Below are positions 44,080-53,430 of a stretch of DNA of 64,000 bases, piece by piece (positions within the stretch are counted from its first letter, which is position 1; each line of letters begins with the position of its first letter). The translations under genes and the position numbers were made by a program. Origin of the DNA: a virus. The stretch spans positions 89,707 through 153,706 of IMG/VR virus record IMGVR_UViG_3300046463_000548; one strand, given 5' to 3'. A model generated the notes under the pieces. That model had not been told where the DNA came from and made no database searches. It saw only the letters and a list, made by a program, of their open reading frames with translations.

Positions 44080-44361
44080 TCAGCACCATACGACTTTGTT
44101 TTCGCGCACGAAGTAGTGCGAGTTGCACGGCATCTGGAAATTGCCGATAGAAGGGGAGAGCGTCACCTTGCCGTCGATGTTCGTCATGGACCAGCCGGTG
44201 TACGGATTGTGAATCGGCGTGACCGTCTGTTGGTTACACCAGCCACACGCACACAGGTGGATTGCTACCCCGTATTTCTCGGATATGTACAGCTTGCCTT
44301 GTTCGAGTTCGGAGTCGATAAGCTCAACGAAAACAGGCTCCAGTTCAAACAGCTTGGTCAT
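44080..44361 (-). CDS. DUF6527-like protein
   Basis: HLCACG.C, VTLSPSIGN...CNSHYFVR. Confidence 0.7.
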   Translation of the reverse strand: MTKLFELEPVFVELIDSELEQGKLYISEKYGVAIHLCACGWCNQQTVTPIHNPYTGWSMTNIDGKVTLSPSIGNFQMPCNSHYFVRENKVVWC

Positions 44362-44415
44362 TCGTGCCTCACAGAATGAAACAGGCTGCTACCTGTTGAG
44401 GGCAGCAGCCTGCGT

Positions 44416-44688
44416 TCAAAAGTCCGGATAGACTCCGGTATCCAGAAACTCATGCCAGCGGTTGTATGCGCGGTTAGCCAGTTCATCCGAGTCGGACACC
44501 TCGTCAAAGTACGCGCGTTCGTCAAACGATTCTTCGCTGCGTTCGATGCGAGTGAGTAACCGTTCTTCTATCTTACGAACGAACCGGCGTTCGCGCTGCC
44601 GATGCTTTGGGCTGGGTCCACAGCACGGGCAGTGGTAGCCGCCCGGACCGTAACTGATGAGTTTGTGGTGATAGCCTTTTGCTTTCAT
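44416..44688 (-). CDS. Small basic Cys-containing protein
   Basis: GPGGYHCPCCG then Arg-rich helix; GGAGG RBS. Confidence 0.65.
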   Translation of the reverse strand: MKAKGYHHKLISYGPGGYHCPCCGPSPKHRQRERRFVRKIEERLLTRIERSEESFDERAYFDEVSDSDELANRAYNRWHEFLDTGVYPDF

Positions 44689-44757
44689 GATTGCCTCCAT
44701 TAGATGATCTAATGTCGCTTCATGATCGCCTCCTTAAAAGTCGTTACTCTTCAGTAT

Positions 44758-44973
44758 TTAGTCTCTAGTCCGATACTCATCTGGGTACAGAGCAGACATC
44801 GCCACCACGGAACAGTACGAAGCGCACCGCTCATCCGCTAGGCCCAGGTTCATTGCGTCGGCTATCAACAGTAACGCCCTGCGTGTGCGCGTAGGCGCAT
44901 GCGGTTCATTCGTTACTGACTTCACCAAGTCCACGCACTTCGCCTGTATAGCTGCGTCGGTACTCCAGACCAT
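44758..44973 (-). CDS. Hypothetical protein
   Basis: 71 aa, AGGAG RBS. Confidence 0.55.
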   Translation of the reverse strand: MVWSTDAAIQAKCVDLVKSVTNEPHAPTRTRRALLLIADAMNLGLADERCASYCSVVAMSALYPDEYRTRD

Positions 44974-44976
44974 AGC

Positions 44977-45195
44977 TCAACTCCTGTAGAAACCCATGTC
45001 GATGAAATCAGAGTTGTTCAGGCCAAAGTACTCGAACTCTGCGTACGCCTTGTCTGAAATCTTCACGGGCTGGCCATTTGCGCCCAGCCATTCGATGTCT
45101 TTGAGTTCGTGCTTGTTCACAGAACGCAGGAACTTGCGCGCGTTGAGCACGTCCTGAACGTTGATCTTGACCTTTTCCTTGGGTTTCTGTGCCAT
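44977..45195 (-). CDS. Hypothetical protein
   Basis: 72 aa ORF after tRNA-Pro. Confidence 0.6.
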   Translation of the reverse strand: MAQKPKEKVKINVQDVLNARKFLRSVNKHELKDIEWLGANGQPVKISDKAYAEFEYFGLNNSDFIDMGFYRS

Positions 45196-45213
45196 GCTTC
45201 TCTCTTGTATGTG

Positions 45214-45290
45214 TGGTCGGAGATACAGGATTCGAACCTGTGACCCCTTGATCCCAAATCAAGTGCGCTACCAGACTGCGCTAATCTCCG
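45214..45290 (-). tRNA. tRNA-Pro(TGG)
   Basis: Cloverleaf, TT TGG GA, C1-G72, ACCA. Confidence 0.93.
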
Positions 45291-45296
45291 AATGAA

Positions 45297-45420
45297 CGCC
45301 CACTCCCCTGAATTTGCAGCAGGGGGCTAGACGCTCGGATGTTTCACCGAACGCAACTACCGCGATGTTTCACCAGGCGCGGTGTTCCTGGATGACCTGA
45401 AAGTCGGACAATCAGGTCAC
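45297..45420 (-). ncRNA. Multi-hairpin RNA between tRNA-Gly and tRNA-Pro
   Basis: Four hairpins; GGTGAAACATC repeated at two hairpin tips. Confidence 0.45.
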
Positions 45421-45425
45421 GGGGA

Positions 45426-45501
45426 TGGAGCAGGATACCGGGCTCGAACCGGTGACCGACAGCTTGGAAGGCTGCGACTCTACCAACTGAGTTAATCCTG
45501 C
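45426..45501 (-). tRNA. tRNA-Gly(TCC)
   Basis: Cloverleaf, CT TCC AA, TCCA. Confidence 0.92.
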
Positions 45502-45507
45502 GTTACC

Positions 45508-45702
45508 TTAGAGACGTCGCGCTTTGAGCGCGGCTTGCAGCAATGACCTACGTGACTGCCAGAAGCGGCGCTGCGTAGCTTCCGATAGATAAGAAGCGCC
45601 TTGGCCCATCTCATAGTTCATCGCGTAGTCGGCCGCTTCCTGCGCTGCGGCCTTCAGTTCTTCGTCTGACATCGCGTCGATGTTCAGTGGTCTGGTGTCC
45701 AT
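45508..45702 (-). CDS. Hypothetical protein
   Basis: From MDTRPLNIDAM; start estimated. Confidence 0.5.
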   Translation of the reverse strand: MDTRPLNIDAMSDEELKAAAQEAADYAMNYEMGQGASYLSEATQRRFWQSRRSLLQAALKARRL

Positions 45703-45950
45703 CTGGTTAAACCCTTGGCTACTAGATAAGGGACCGACGACACATGTCGGTACGTGCGTTTGCTGCGTTTGGCCATTTCCCACACGCATTCCATACCCGC
45801 ACACACCGCGTGCAACTTCAGCGCCTCGTCACGCAACATAAATACATGATCGCGATTGTGGAAATGGCGCTCGCACACGTGGCACCGATCCTTGGTGAAC
45901 GCGGGCGGAAACTTCCGGTTGAACAGAAACGTACGGATGAACTTGATCAT
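45684..45950 (-). CDS. Hypothetical Cys/His protein
   Basis: CHVC...H..C; 88 aa. Confidence 0.5.
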   Translation of the reverse strand: MIKFIRTFLFNRKFPPAFTKDRCHVCERHFHNRDHVFMLRDEALKLHAVCAGMECVWEMAKRSKRTYRHVSSVPYLVAKGLTRWTPDH

Positions 45951-45963
45951 TGCGTGTTCCGTG

Positions 45964-46041
45964 TGGTGCCCCGTGACGGATTCGAACCGCCAACCATCGC
46001 ATTACAAGTGCGCTGCTCTACCAGTTAAGAGCTAACGGGGC
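45964..46041 (-). tRNA. tRNA-Thr(TGT)
   Basis: Cloverleaf, CT TGT AA, ACCA. Confidence 0.9.
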
Positions 46042-46068
46042 ATCAGACTCACATCTCAGCGAGTCCTT

Positions 46069-46326
46069 TTAAATTGCGGCCAGTGCGTCGAACTTGCGCT
46101 TACGGTTCTGGAAGTCAACTTGGATCACGTTGCTTGGAGGCGGGATGATCCCGTCGTCCTTCATGGCTGTGATGATCTTCCGATGAAGTTCCTCAGCCTT
46201 CTTGGTAACCAGGGAGCCAGCATTCGAACTGGTGAGGAACGCGGGTCCCCATCGGTGCTCAGAACGAAGCGTGTCGCCGTTTCGTTCAACGTATTCAAAC
46301 GAGATGATGAAGTTACCGTCGATCAC
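46069..46326 (-). CDS. Hypothetical protein
   Basis: 85 aa, AGGA RBS, NVIQVDF motif. Confidence 0.6.
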   Translation of the reverse strand: MIDGNFIISFEYVERNGDTLRSEHRWGPAFLTSSNAGSLVTKKAEELHRKIITAMKDDGIIPPPSNVIQVDFQNRKRKFDALAAI

Positions 46327-46347
46327 GCTTTGTCCTATACCAGAAAG

Positions 46348-47085
46348 TTAGTTTGCCAGGTTGTCCACGTCGCCACCGGACACTACCGACGAGTACGCGC
46401 AGTCCATGCTCGTCGCACCCGCAGCCGTAGCTACGAAGTAGTTGGCCGTTGACGCATTCAGCGCTGATTTCGCGAAGCCTCGCGAGCGAAGCGACGACGG
46501 ATCGAACTGCACTGTGTTGCCCGTCTTCACGCCCAGGTTCTTCGTGAAAAGATCAAGCTGCCCACGCGGGCCCATGACCGTCACAGTCCAGCGGCCGGTT
46601 GCGTTCAGTTCTTCGATCATGGACTTCAGTTTCGAAGCCGTGTAGCGACGTGACACGTTCTCGTCGCCGTCCGTGAAGATTTGCAGCAGGAACTGTGCGC
46701 TCGCGTCGGCACCCTCGAAATTACGCGACAGTTCGAGCGCGTAGCCGATAGCGTCATACAGAGCAGTCATGCCGCGTGGAGCGTAATTCGAGCGATGGAG
46801 GCGCGTGGCGCGGTCAGGCGTCGATTCCTTGTACTCTGCCTTCACCTTATCCGCGTCCGAGAACGTGATGAGGGTGGCGGTCGTCTTTGCGACGCCTTCC
46901 TTCTGCTGGGACAGGATGTCGAGATTTTCGTTGAAGGCACCAATCGTGATGTCGATACCGGTGTCCATGGAACTGGATTTGTCCAGCACCTGAATCACGT
47001 GCACGATCTTCGAACCGACAGCCTGCGCTTTCTTCGCCTGCAACGTTTGCAGGATTTGTTCTTCTTCGGGGGTCAAGCCTGACAT
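46348..47085 (-). CDS. vWA-domain protein
   Basis: LDKSSSM, GMTALYDAIG, FTDGDENVS. Confidence 0.85.
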   Translation of the reverse strand: MSGLTPEEEQILQTLQAKKAQAVGSKIVHVIQVLDKSSSMDTGIDITIGAFNENLDILSQQKEGVAKTTATLITFSDADKVKAEYKESTPDRATRLHRSNYAPRGMTALYDAIGYALELSRNFEGADASAQFLLQIFTDGDENVSRRYTASKLKSMIEELNATGRWTVTVMGPRGQLDLFTKNLGVKTGNTVQFDPSSLRSRGFAKSALNASTANYFVATAAGATSMDCAYSSVVSGGDVDNLAN

Positions 47086-47116
47086 GCGTTTCTCCGTTCT
47101 GTTAAGTTTCCGGGTC

Positions 47117-47386
47117 TTACACTTGGCTATTTACTAGACCCTGAGCCAATTCGTGAAAGTTAATTCTCACGACCTCTCGAAAGTTGTAGGACGTGGTTGA
47201 GAGCGCGACGAAGCAGCGTAGGGCGCTCGCCGCTGACCCGGGGACTGTGAAGCGTGGATCGTTGGACCAGCGCTGCAGGGTCCGCTGACTCACGCCCAAG
47301 AGCGACGCGACTTCACGCTTTGTCAGATTCAGATGCTTGACGATCAGGTGCATCTCCGCACCCGTCATTTCCATGCTGCTGCTCAT
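47117..47386 (-). CDS. XRE-family HTH protein
   Basis: LNLTKREVASLLGVSQRTLQRW. Confidence 0.75.
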   Translation of the reverse strand: MSSSMEMTGAEMHLIVKHLNLTKREVASLLGVSQRTLQRWSNDPRFTVPGSAASALRCFVALSTTSYNFREVVRINFHELAQGLVNSQV

Positions 47387-47678
47387 CTAATTCTCCCAAC
47401 TGTTCTGCGTACTGCACTAACCATCTACGCTCTTCGAGAGTAAGCCTTTCACCCTTGAACCAAGCATGACGACGAGTATTGCCGCAACCAGAACATGAAC
47501 ATAGCTGAGGCGTATGTACGACCATACCCAACTGCTTAGCTTCCATCGGCTCACGCGCGACAGGAGGACCATCCACACCGGAGGGAGCGCACCAACGAGG
47601 ATAACCCCAGTAATTACGGCGATTACGCTTGAGTCGCTGCACATGATGGCGGCGTTCCGCACGATTTGAGACTCGCAT
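47313..47678 (-). CDS. Hypothetical basic Cys-motif protein
   Basis: RAERRHH..R, TPQLCSCSGCGN.RR; GGAGA RBS. Confidence 0.65.
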   Translation of the reverse strand: MRVSNRAERRHHVQRLKRNRRNYWGYPRWCAPSGVDGPPVAREPMEAKQLGMVVHTPQLCSCSGCGNTRRHAWFKGERLTLEERRWLVQYAEQLGELDEQQHGNDGCGDAPDRQASESDKA

Positions 47679-47807
47679 TTTGCTTCTCCAACCGTGCCCC
47701 CTGCGGTGGACCCGCAGACCCGGAGCACGGCGTGAAGAAAGCTCGATACTGTTTAGATGTGTTCATCTCTACTATTCCTTTTTGTGAGCGGGGTAGGCTA
47801 TCGGCAC

Positions 47808-48275
47808 TTAAATTACTGTGAAGTCGTCCTTCGACTCAAGTGCAGCGACGAGACCTTCCACGGATTCAGGAGGTACTATCTTGAGTTTGCGGAACTCCGC
47901 AAACGCCAGACGTTGAGCATTGCGGGCCGATGCCGCACGATGGTTGTAAATGTCCTCTTGGCGGCTCTTACGCAGGAGGAACGACTCCAGGGCTTCAGCC
48001 TTTGTCGGGAGTGCGTAACGCTTGCGCGCGGTCAGCAATACGAATCTCTTCTCACCGAATCCCATGGAGAGCCACACGCCTTTGGGTGTACGCTTGATCA
48101 CAGGATACGTCCGATGTACGAGTTTGTGGGTACCCACGCCTATCGGGTCATCGAACTCGTCTAGCATGGGAGCGTAGTGTTGATCGTCATAGCGATGGAA
48201 CACTTCATTAGTTTCGTTCGTGTGCTCGGTGTGGGGTGAGGCAAACGACGGAGCCTCAACAATTTTCACGCTCAT
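47808..48275 (-). CDS. Hypothetical protein
   Basis: VIKRTPKGVW...RKRYALPTKAEALESF pattern of a common phage family. Confidence 0.65.
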   Translation of the reverse strand: MSVKIVEAPSFASPHTEHTNETNEVFHRYDDQHYAPMLDEFDDPIGVGTHKLVHRTYPVIKRTPKGVWLSMGFGEKRFVLLTARKRYALPTKAEALESFLLRKSRQEDIYNHRAASARNAQRLAFAEFRKLKIVPPESVEGLVAALESKDDFTVI

Positions 48276-48283
48276 TTGTAGAC

Positions 48284-48610
48284 CTACCTGTCGTAGTATT
48301 GTTCTAGCGTCAGCCCGAAATATTTGCTATCTGATTCGAACCGCGAACCAACGATCACGTAGCTACCGCAAGTTTCGTCCACCGTATCAGACGAGTCGTC
48401 AAGAATCGCATCGGTCTGGAACGCGCGTAGCTTTTCAACGAACGCGCGCCAGAATTTTTCATGTGGGTAGCCGTCGCTCGATTGCAATATCTCGTCGCTG
48501 AGATTTAGTCTGCGGTTTCCCGCGTCGTCGTTTTCGAGTACGAGCGACCACTTGTTCAGGAACACGATTTCTTTGCGGGTATGACTCACCGCGTAGTAGA
48601 GAACACCCAT
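48284..48610 (-). CDS. Hypothetical protein
   Basis: From MGVLYYAV with GGAGA RBS. Confidence 0.6.
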   Translation of the reverse strand: MGVLYYAVSHTRKEIVFLNKWSLVLENDDAGNRRLNLSDEILQSSDGYPHEKFWRAFVEKLRAFQTDAILDDSSDTVDETCGSYVIVGSRFESDSKYFGLTLEQYYDR

Positions 48611-48627
48611 GAATTTCTCCGGTTGAG

Positions 48628-48709
48628 TCGGGAGAGTGCAGGAATCGAACGCTGCATCTTTTGCCCAGGCGTAGGCAACTGTAAAGGCCACTCCACTACC
48701 TCTCCCCAA
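48628..48709 (-). ncRNA. tRNA-like RNA with non-canonical anticodon loop and bulged T-arm
   Basis: GGGAGAG/CTCTCCC acceptor, GAGTGG D-loop, TTGCC/GGCAA stem with 8-nt loop, T-arm identical to the RNA at 40861. Confidence 0.6.
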
Positions 48710-49019
48710 GTCAGGCAGCACACCGCTTTGAATCCAAGGTAGCGAACGGCTTGCGCCGCACGATATGTGACCCGTGGTTTATCAAAAAGTGGTTAAAGGA
48801 ACGGTGCGCTGTTCATCCCTGACAATTCGTATTTACGGGAGCCCAGCGGATTTCTCTGAAACTATTTGCAGATTGGCGTCGCTTGCCCCCGCAAGATAAC
48901 GGCGGGCGACGAGGTTGAGCGGGTTGGTAAGTGACGGCGTAATGATCACTACCCAAAACGATTTCGTGAGTTTCAGCGTGTCCAATAACTCGAAATTGCC
49001 CTTGCCGTCATATTTGCGA

Positions 49020-49223
49020 TCACGCTCGTAGGAGGCCGATCATCCCGTTACTCAGGTTGTAGATTTTCAAATCGGGATGTTTCTCCTGATAAGCAGCACA
49101 CAGTGCGCCAATCTCGGAGTCAGCGCGTTCCGCCGATTCCCTGTCCACAGCGCGCAGAACAATCGCTTCGAACCCTTCCTTGAACTCCAGGTGCCCTCGC
49201 ATAAACTCAATGTTCTCTGACAT
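49020..49223 (-). CDS. Hypothetical protein
   Basis: 67 aa, TGATG coupling. Confidence 0.55.
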   Translation of the reverse strand: MSENIEFMRGHLEFKEGFEAIVLRAVDRESAERADSEIGALCAAYQEKHPDLKIYNLSNGMIGLLRA

Positions 49224-49762
49224 CAGATCGTGCCCTCGGATTCGAGGGCCGATGCGCGACGCGATTTCACGTCTGCCTCGAACTCAGCGAGTTGCAGATA
49301 GTTCTGCGGACCGCGCACGGGGAACCGGCCGATTTCGATTCCGTTGTCGGACATGTACAGCACGTCCTCTGTCCGGTTGTGCCACCACTGGTAGAGGTGC
49401 GTTTCGCGCGGAATTACCCCACCACCATCTGCTGATTTGCCTTCTTCGTCCTGTGCGAACGAATCGTTGTAGCGAAGAGCCACGTCTACGCCACGAAGGT
49501 CGTAGCCCTGCTGGAACCCTTCGAGCAAAACCAGATCGCGCATATGCTCTTCGATCCAGTGAATCGGGTTCGAGCCCTTGAAGTGAAGCGAGCGCGCTTC
49601 GAGTTCGGACAGCGGGTAATGACGGAAGACTTTGAACTGCGCATCCTGTGCGCTCGGTGCCTCGCCGTGGAACGGCAGGCGGAAGCATGTGCCTTTTGCA
49701 TACACGTTCAGGCGGTTGTTCTCGAAGCTGAGCGAGAGGTTGATGGTGAGGCTGTTGTTCAT
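49223..49762 (-). CDS. Hypothetical protein
   Basis: 179 aa, ATGA coupling. Confidence 0.65.
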   Translation of the reverse strand: MNNSLTINLSLSFENNRLNVYAKGTCFRLPFHGEAPSAQDAQFKVFRHYPLSELEARSLHFKGSNPIHWIEEHMRDLVLLEGFQQGYDLRGVDVALRYNDSFAQDEEGKSADGGGVIPRETHLYQWWHNRTEDVLYMSDNGIEIGRFPVRGPQNYLQLAEFEADVKSRRASALESEGTI

Positions 49763-50124
49763 TTCTTTTCCTTCGGTGGTGGTAACTGGATACCTTTACT
49801 TTCGACCTGGTTGAATTCCGTCTTGCCTAGCACACCCGCATAATCCTCAACGTCTTCAACCTGCTGATGTGTGAACGCCAAAATCTCCACGTGACGCCAA
49901 GCGCTCTGTATCTGATGGATGGGTGCCGTCTCCATCAGCGCAAATGACATTTGCAGGAAATTCCGGAGCTTCGCTAGGTCCTCAATCGAGACCGTGCCCT
50001 TTTCGATGTCGCGCATCACGCGCATCACGTTGGTCCGGTAAGTCTTGATGTAGGAGGCGTGATTGATGATCTGGCCGTTCTCGGCTTGACTCAACTTCTT
50101 TTGTGACTTCTTCGCTGCTGTCAT
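49759..50124 (-). CDS. Hypothetical protein
   Basis: 121 aa ORF. Confidence 0.65.
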   Translation of the reverse strand: MTAAKKSQKKLSQAENGQIINHASYIKTYRTNVMRVMRDIEKGTVSIEDLAKLRNFLQMSFALMETAPIHQIQSAWRHVEILAFTHQQVEDVEDYAGVLGKTEFNQVESKGIQLPPPKEKK

Positions 50125-50134
50125 TGTCCGGCTC

Positions 50135-50428
50135 TTAGCTCGTGCTCTTAACCGGCGTAACGAAGGCAGCTACGCCCGACAAGAATCCAACATACTGCTC
50201 GAAGGTCATCGGCAGTTTGGTCCGACTACCTGTCACCGTATTTTCGATCACGACAGTCACACCGTCCTTGCCGATAGTGTGGGACCTGGTATCAGTCCAG
50301 ATTTTCAGGGGTGTAGGCTTCGAAGGCTCCACGTGCTTCGGTTTAACCTTCTTGCCTGTTTGCAATTTTTCGTTGGTTTGCTCCCGGATAATCGCGGGAA
50401 GCAGGGGAGACTTCGAGCCCGTTCTCAT
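50135..50428 (-). CDS. Hypothetical protein
   Basis: 97 aa, TAATG coupling. Confidence 0.6.
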   Translation of the reverse strand: MRTGSKSPLLPAIIREQTNEKLQTGKKVKPKHVEPSKPTPLKIWTDTRSHTIGKDGVTVVIENTVTGSRTKLPMTFEQYVGFLSGVAAFVTPVKSTS

Positions 50429-51222
50429 TACTGACCTTCGACTTGCGGTGCGTTCTCTACGGCGGTCTCTTCAGGCTGCACGTACTCTTCGACATCAACC
50501 GTGTGGACAGGCGGCACCGACAGGTAGTTGACGTACACATCTGACAGTGCGCGCCAGACTTTGCCGTCCGTCGAATCAACGAAATGGAACACATCGCCCT
50601 CGTTGAGTTCGGTGAAGATCACTGGTTCACGCGGCGCACCGTCTTCGACGTGCTTAATGATCCACTGGACCGGATCAGACACGGCAGGGAGCTTCGAGCG
50701 CAGCGATTTAACCAGACTCAGGAAGAGGGCGCTCTTCGTTTGCTGATCGGCGGGCAAATCTGCGAAGGGCACCAAATCCGGATGCTCCTTCAGTTCGGCG
50801 CTTTCTTCAGGGCCGTATTTCCAACCGTCCTTGATGAGAGCCTCCAGCCAGGTCTGGTGATTTTGCTGCGGAGTCGGATCGTAGCGGAGCGCCGAAATCA
50901 CAGCGCGGATCACGTCGCTGCGGACTTCAATCGATGATCCATGCCAGTGTGCCGAGCGCTCGCCAAGGGCGTTGCTGTAGTCGGCAGTCGTGTCGAAGGC
51001 GATGCGCGCGATGTCTTCCACGCTGAACAGCGGGTAGACGTAGACACCCGAAATTTGTGCCGCGTCTTCGATCTGAATGTTGTGAATCGTCACGTCCGAA
51101 GGCGTCACGAAAATCGAATCTTTCTGATCGTTGTGGACCAGTGCCGCGATCTGCTCACCGACCTTTTGTTGTTGAGCAGGGGCCATCGACGCGGGCACCT
51201 GGATGTGGATGATACGTTTCAT
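50428..51222 (-). CDS. RyR-repeat domain protein
   Basis: H..W......GWKYG......K.HPDLVPFADLP...Q.K. Confidence 0.75.
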   Translation of the reverse strand: MKRIIHIQVPASMAPAQQQKVGEQIAALVHNDQKDSIFVTPSDVTIHNIQIEDAAQISGVYVYPLFSVEDIARIAFDTTADYSNALGERSAHWHGSSIEVRSDVIRAVISALRYDPTPQQNHQTWLEALIKDGWKYGPEESAELKEHPDLVPFADLPADQQTKSALFLSLVKSLRSKLPAVSDPVQWIIKHVEDGAPREPVIFTELNEGDVFHFVDSTDGKVWRALSDVYVNYLSVPPVHTVDVEEYVQPEETAVENAPQVEGQ

Positions 51223-51255
51223 TCAATTCTCCAATAGATAAGTGTGTTCCACTTT

Positions 51256-53430
51256 CTATTTACTAGAGGTGTTGTAGTACGCCTGAAAGTGCGCGTCGAG
51301 TGTTGAGCGTTCAACCTTCCATTGCGTCTTGATCGCTTCAAAGTCTGCTTCGAGTTTTGGCACCCGTTCAGAGTTTTCGCGGCGTGCCCGGGCAAGTGCT
51401 GCGCTCAGGGATTTGTACTTGCGATAGATTTCCGAGTGCTGCTTGTAATACGCGTCGCGCGCCATATTGCGTGCGCGCACATCTACGCGATCCTTGTACG
51501 CGCGTTCCTTGATTCGAACTGACGGCCGCTCTCTACGTTTGCGCTGTCGAGCCTTCGCATCTTCATCAACCAGGTGGTACGTCACGTCCTTCAGCGGAAT
51601 TCCGAAGTGTGAGGGTGGGACTAACTTCGGGAGCATCCCAAGCTGAGCACGCACCTTCATCGCGAGTTTCTTCTCTGTCACGATCAACAGAGGTTCGACC
51701 GTTGACCGCGTATCCCGAATTGCGCAACGCGTGAGCGACTGTATGCACTGATCGAGCGTGTGATCTAGGTCCGCGTTATATAGCGGGCAGAGTTGCGCGA
51801 ACAATTCCTTCACTTCAGGTGCCGCGTTCAGCGTCGCAAGAAATGCGATTGTCGGATGCCTCAGAAATCTGTTGAGCCCGTGGCTTTGCATCGGAAGCTC
51901 ACGAACCTTCGCTCCGAACATCGGTTTAATCTCTGTCGCGAAATATCGCATCTCGCGATTCTGGATGCCGCGATCACCAACGTTCACGGTGACCGGTACA
52001 GGCAGAATCTCGTAGCCCTTTTCGCGCTGCCACTTGCGACTCATGTAGGAAGCACACCGCACGTACCACTGGAGTGGGGTGTTGTCGCCCACGAGCCCGG
52101 GAAGCTTGCGCAGATGCTTTACGATCTGTTTGTCGATTGGCTGCGGGTCGGGAAATCCGGATTCAACGTAGCGCGATGCGACGCGCAGGGGCAGAAGTTT
52201 TCCGCCTGTCTCGGTCTTGCGTTCGAGCACCAACTGACGATACGTAGAGAAGAAATCGGACAGATCGAAATCAGACTTCGGGCTGAATACAGAACTGTCG
52301 ATCATCACGCCGGACTTCAGATGGTTCTGTGCAAACTCAGAATACGTACTGACGTAGGTGATCGAAGTCTTCGCGTAGCGGGCCATCACTTTCTGTACAC
52401 GCTTCGGGTTGACGATTTCGTCCGTCGCGTTCTTCAGCATGATGTACGAGTGATCACCCTCGAACGTGGCACGCGCTAAACGTTGACGAAATTCCTTCGC
52501 GCTCTCGTCTGAGCTTCTGCTCGATACATCGCGCGTGCGTAGAAGGTGATACATCTGCGAATTCTCAAAGAACGCAGAGAGCAGCGTGCACTCTTTCCAA
52601 CCGAAGAAAATCTGATACGGGACCAACAGCACCTGCATGCGTATGGTCATCAACTCGTCGTCATCCTCTTCATCGTCACGAATCGAGATTTTTCCGTACA
52701 GGTGGACCGACTCGTCGTCCACTGTCTGAAGAAGATTGAGCAGACGTTCGCGCAGTTTCCGCAAACCCTTGTTGTCACCGAACAGAGCATCGAATTCTGC
52801 TGTGTCCAGTTTCTTGCGCGGCCGAAGTCTTGAATACGATTCGGGGGTTGAGGGAGTGAAGTCCAGGAAGCGCGTGTTGATCGCGTTCGCCAGAGAGAAG
52901 GGCATCTTGAAATCGTACTTCGACACGTTGCACTTACGCGCCTCATCGAAGATCACGGAAATTTCGGCACGTCTCTCGAATTTCGGATTGCCGTCCTGAT
53001 CGTAACCATGGGGCAAGTTCGATACGAACGTAGCGTGCGTGATCAGGAACACTGAACCGCTCTTCATCTGCTGTGTTGGCAATCCGTACTGATCCGATGT
53101 TCCGTCGAGAGCCGTCCGAATCTGATTTCCTGTTCGATCACCCGTTCCCGACAGGATCAGCTTCACCTGATTTTTCATCTGCTGAGGTGTTAGCTCGCGT
53201 TCGAGGACCGTATGAACTTCGCGCAATAACTGGTGAGTGGGTGCAACGTAAAACGTGATTCCTGATTTTCCTTGTACGCGTTGAATCAGTTGTTTGATCG
53301 CCCAGAGAGTCTTGCCTGTGCCTGGGAGGACGGATGCGTACCGGACAACGGACGCCCGCTGTTGCAAAAGTTTGAGGTCGGAAGCCATGAATCGAGGTGC
53401 CTGATAGAAGCGTAAATACGGCGTTAGCAT
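51256..53430 (-). CDS. SF2 helicase-like protein, possible origin-binding/initiator
   Basis: PGTGKT, YVAPTHQL, LITHA, IFDEAR, GLNRF, QSLTRCAIR; basic C-terminus. Confidence 0.7.
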   Translation of the reverse strand: MLTPYLRFYQAPRFMASDLKLLQQRASVVRYASVLPGTGKTLWAIKQLIQRVQGKSGITFYVAPTHQLLREVHTVLERELTPQQMKNQVKLILSGTGDRTGNQIRTALDGTSDQYGLPTQQMKSGSVFLITHATFVSNLPHGYDQDGNPKFERRAEISVIFDEARKCNVSKYDFKMPFSLANAINTRFLDFTPSTPESYSRLRPRKKLDTAEFDALFGDNKGLRKLRERLLNLLQTVDDESVHLYGKISIRDDEEDDDELMTIRMQVLLVPYQIFFGWKECTLLSAFFENSQMYHLLRTRDVSSRSSDESAKEFRQRLARATFEGDHSYIMLKNATDEIVNPKRVQKVMARYAKTSITYVSTYSEFAQNHLKSGVMIDSSVFSPKSDFDLSDFFSTYRQLVLERKTETGGKLLPLRVASRYVESGFPDPQPIDKQIVKHLRKLPGLVGDNTPLQWYVRCASYMSRKWQREKGYEILPVPVTVNVGDRGIQNREMRYFATEIKPMFGAKVRELPMQSHGLNRFLRHPTIAFLATLNAAPEVKELFAQLCPLYNADLDHTLDQCIQSLTRCAIRDTRSTVEPLLIVTEKKLAMKVRAQLGMLPKLVPPSHFGIPLKDVTYHLVDEDAKARQRKRRERPSVRIKERAYKDRVDVRARNMARDAYYKQHSEIYRKYKSLSAALARARRENSERVPKLEADFEAIKTQWKVERSTLDAHFQAYYNTSSK

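Noticed and set aside
48611-48721. N-terminal extension of ORF 48284..48721
   Set aside because: Overlaps a tRNA-like RNA; a good RBS precedes ATG 48610
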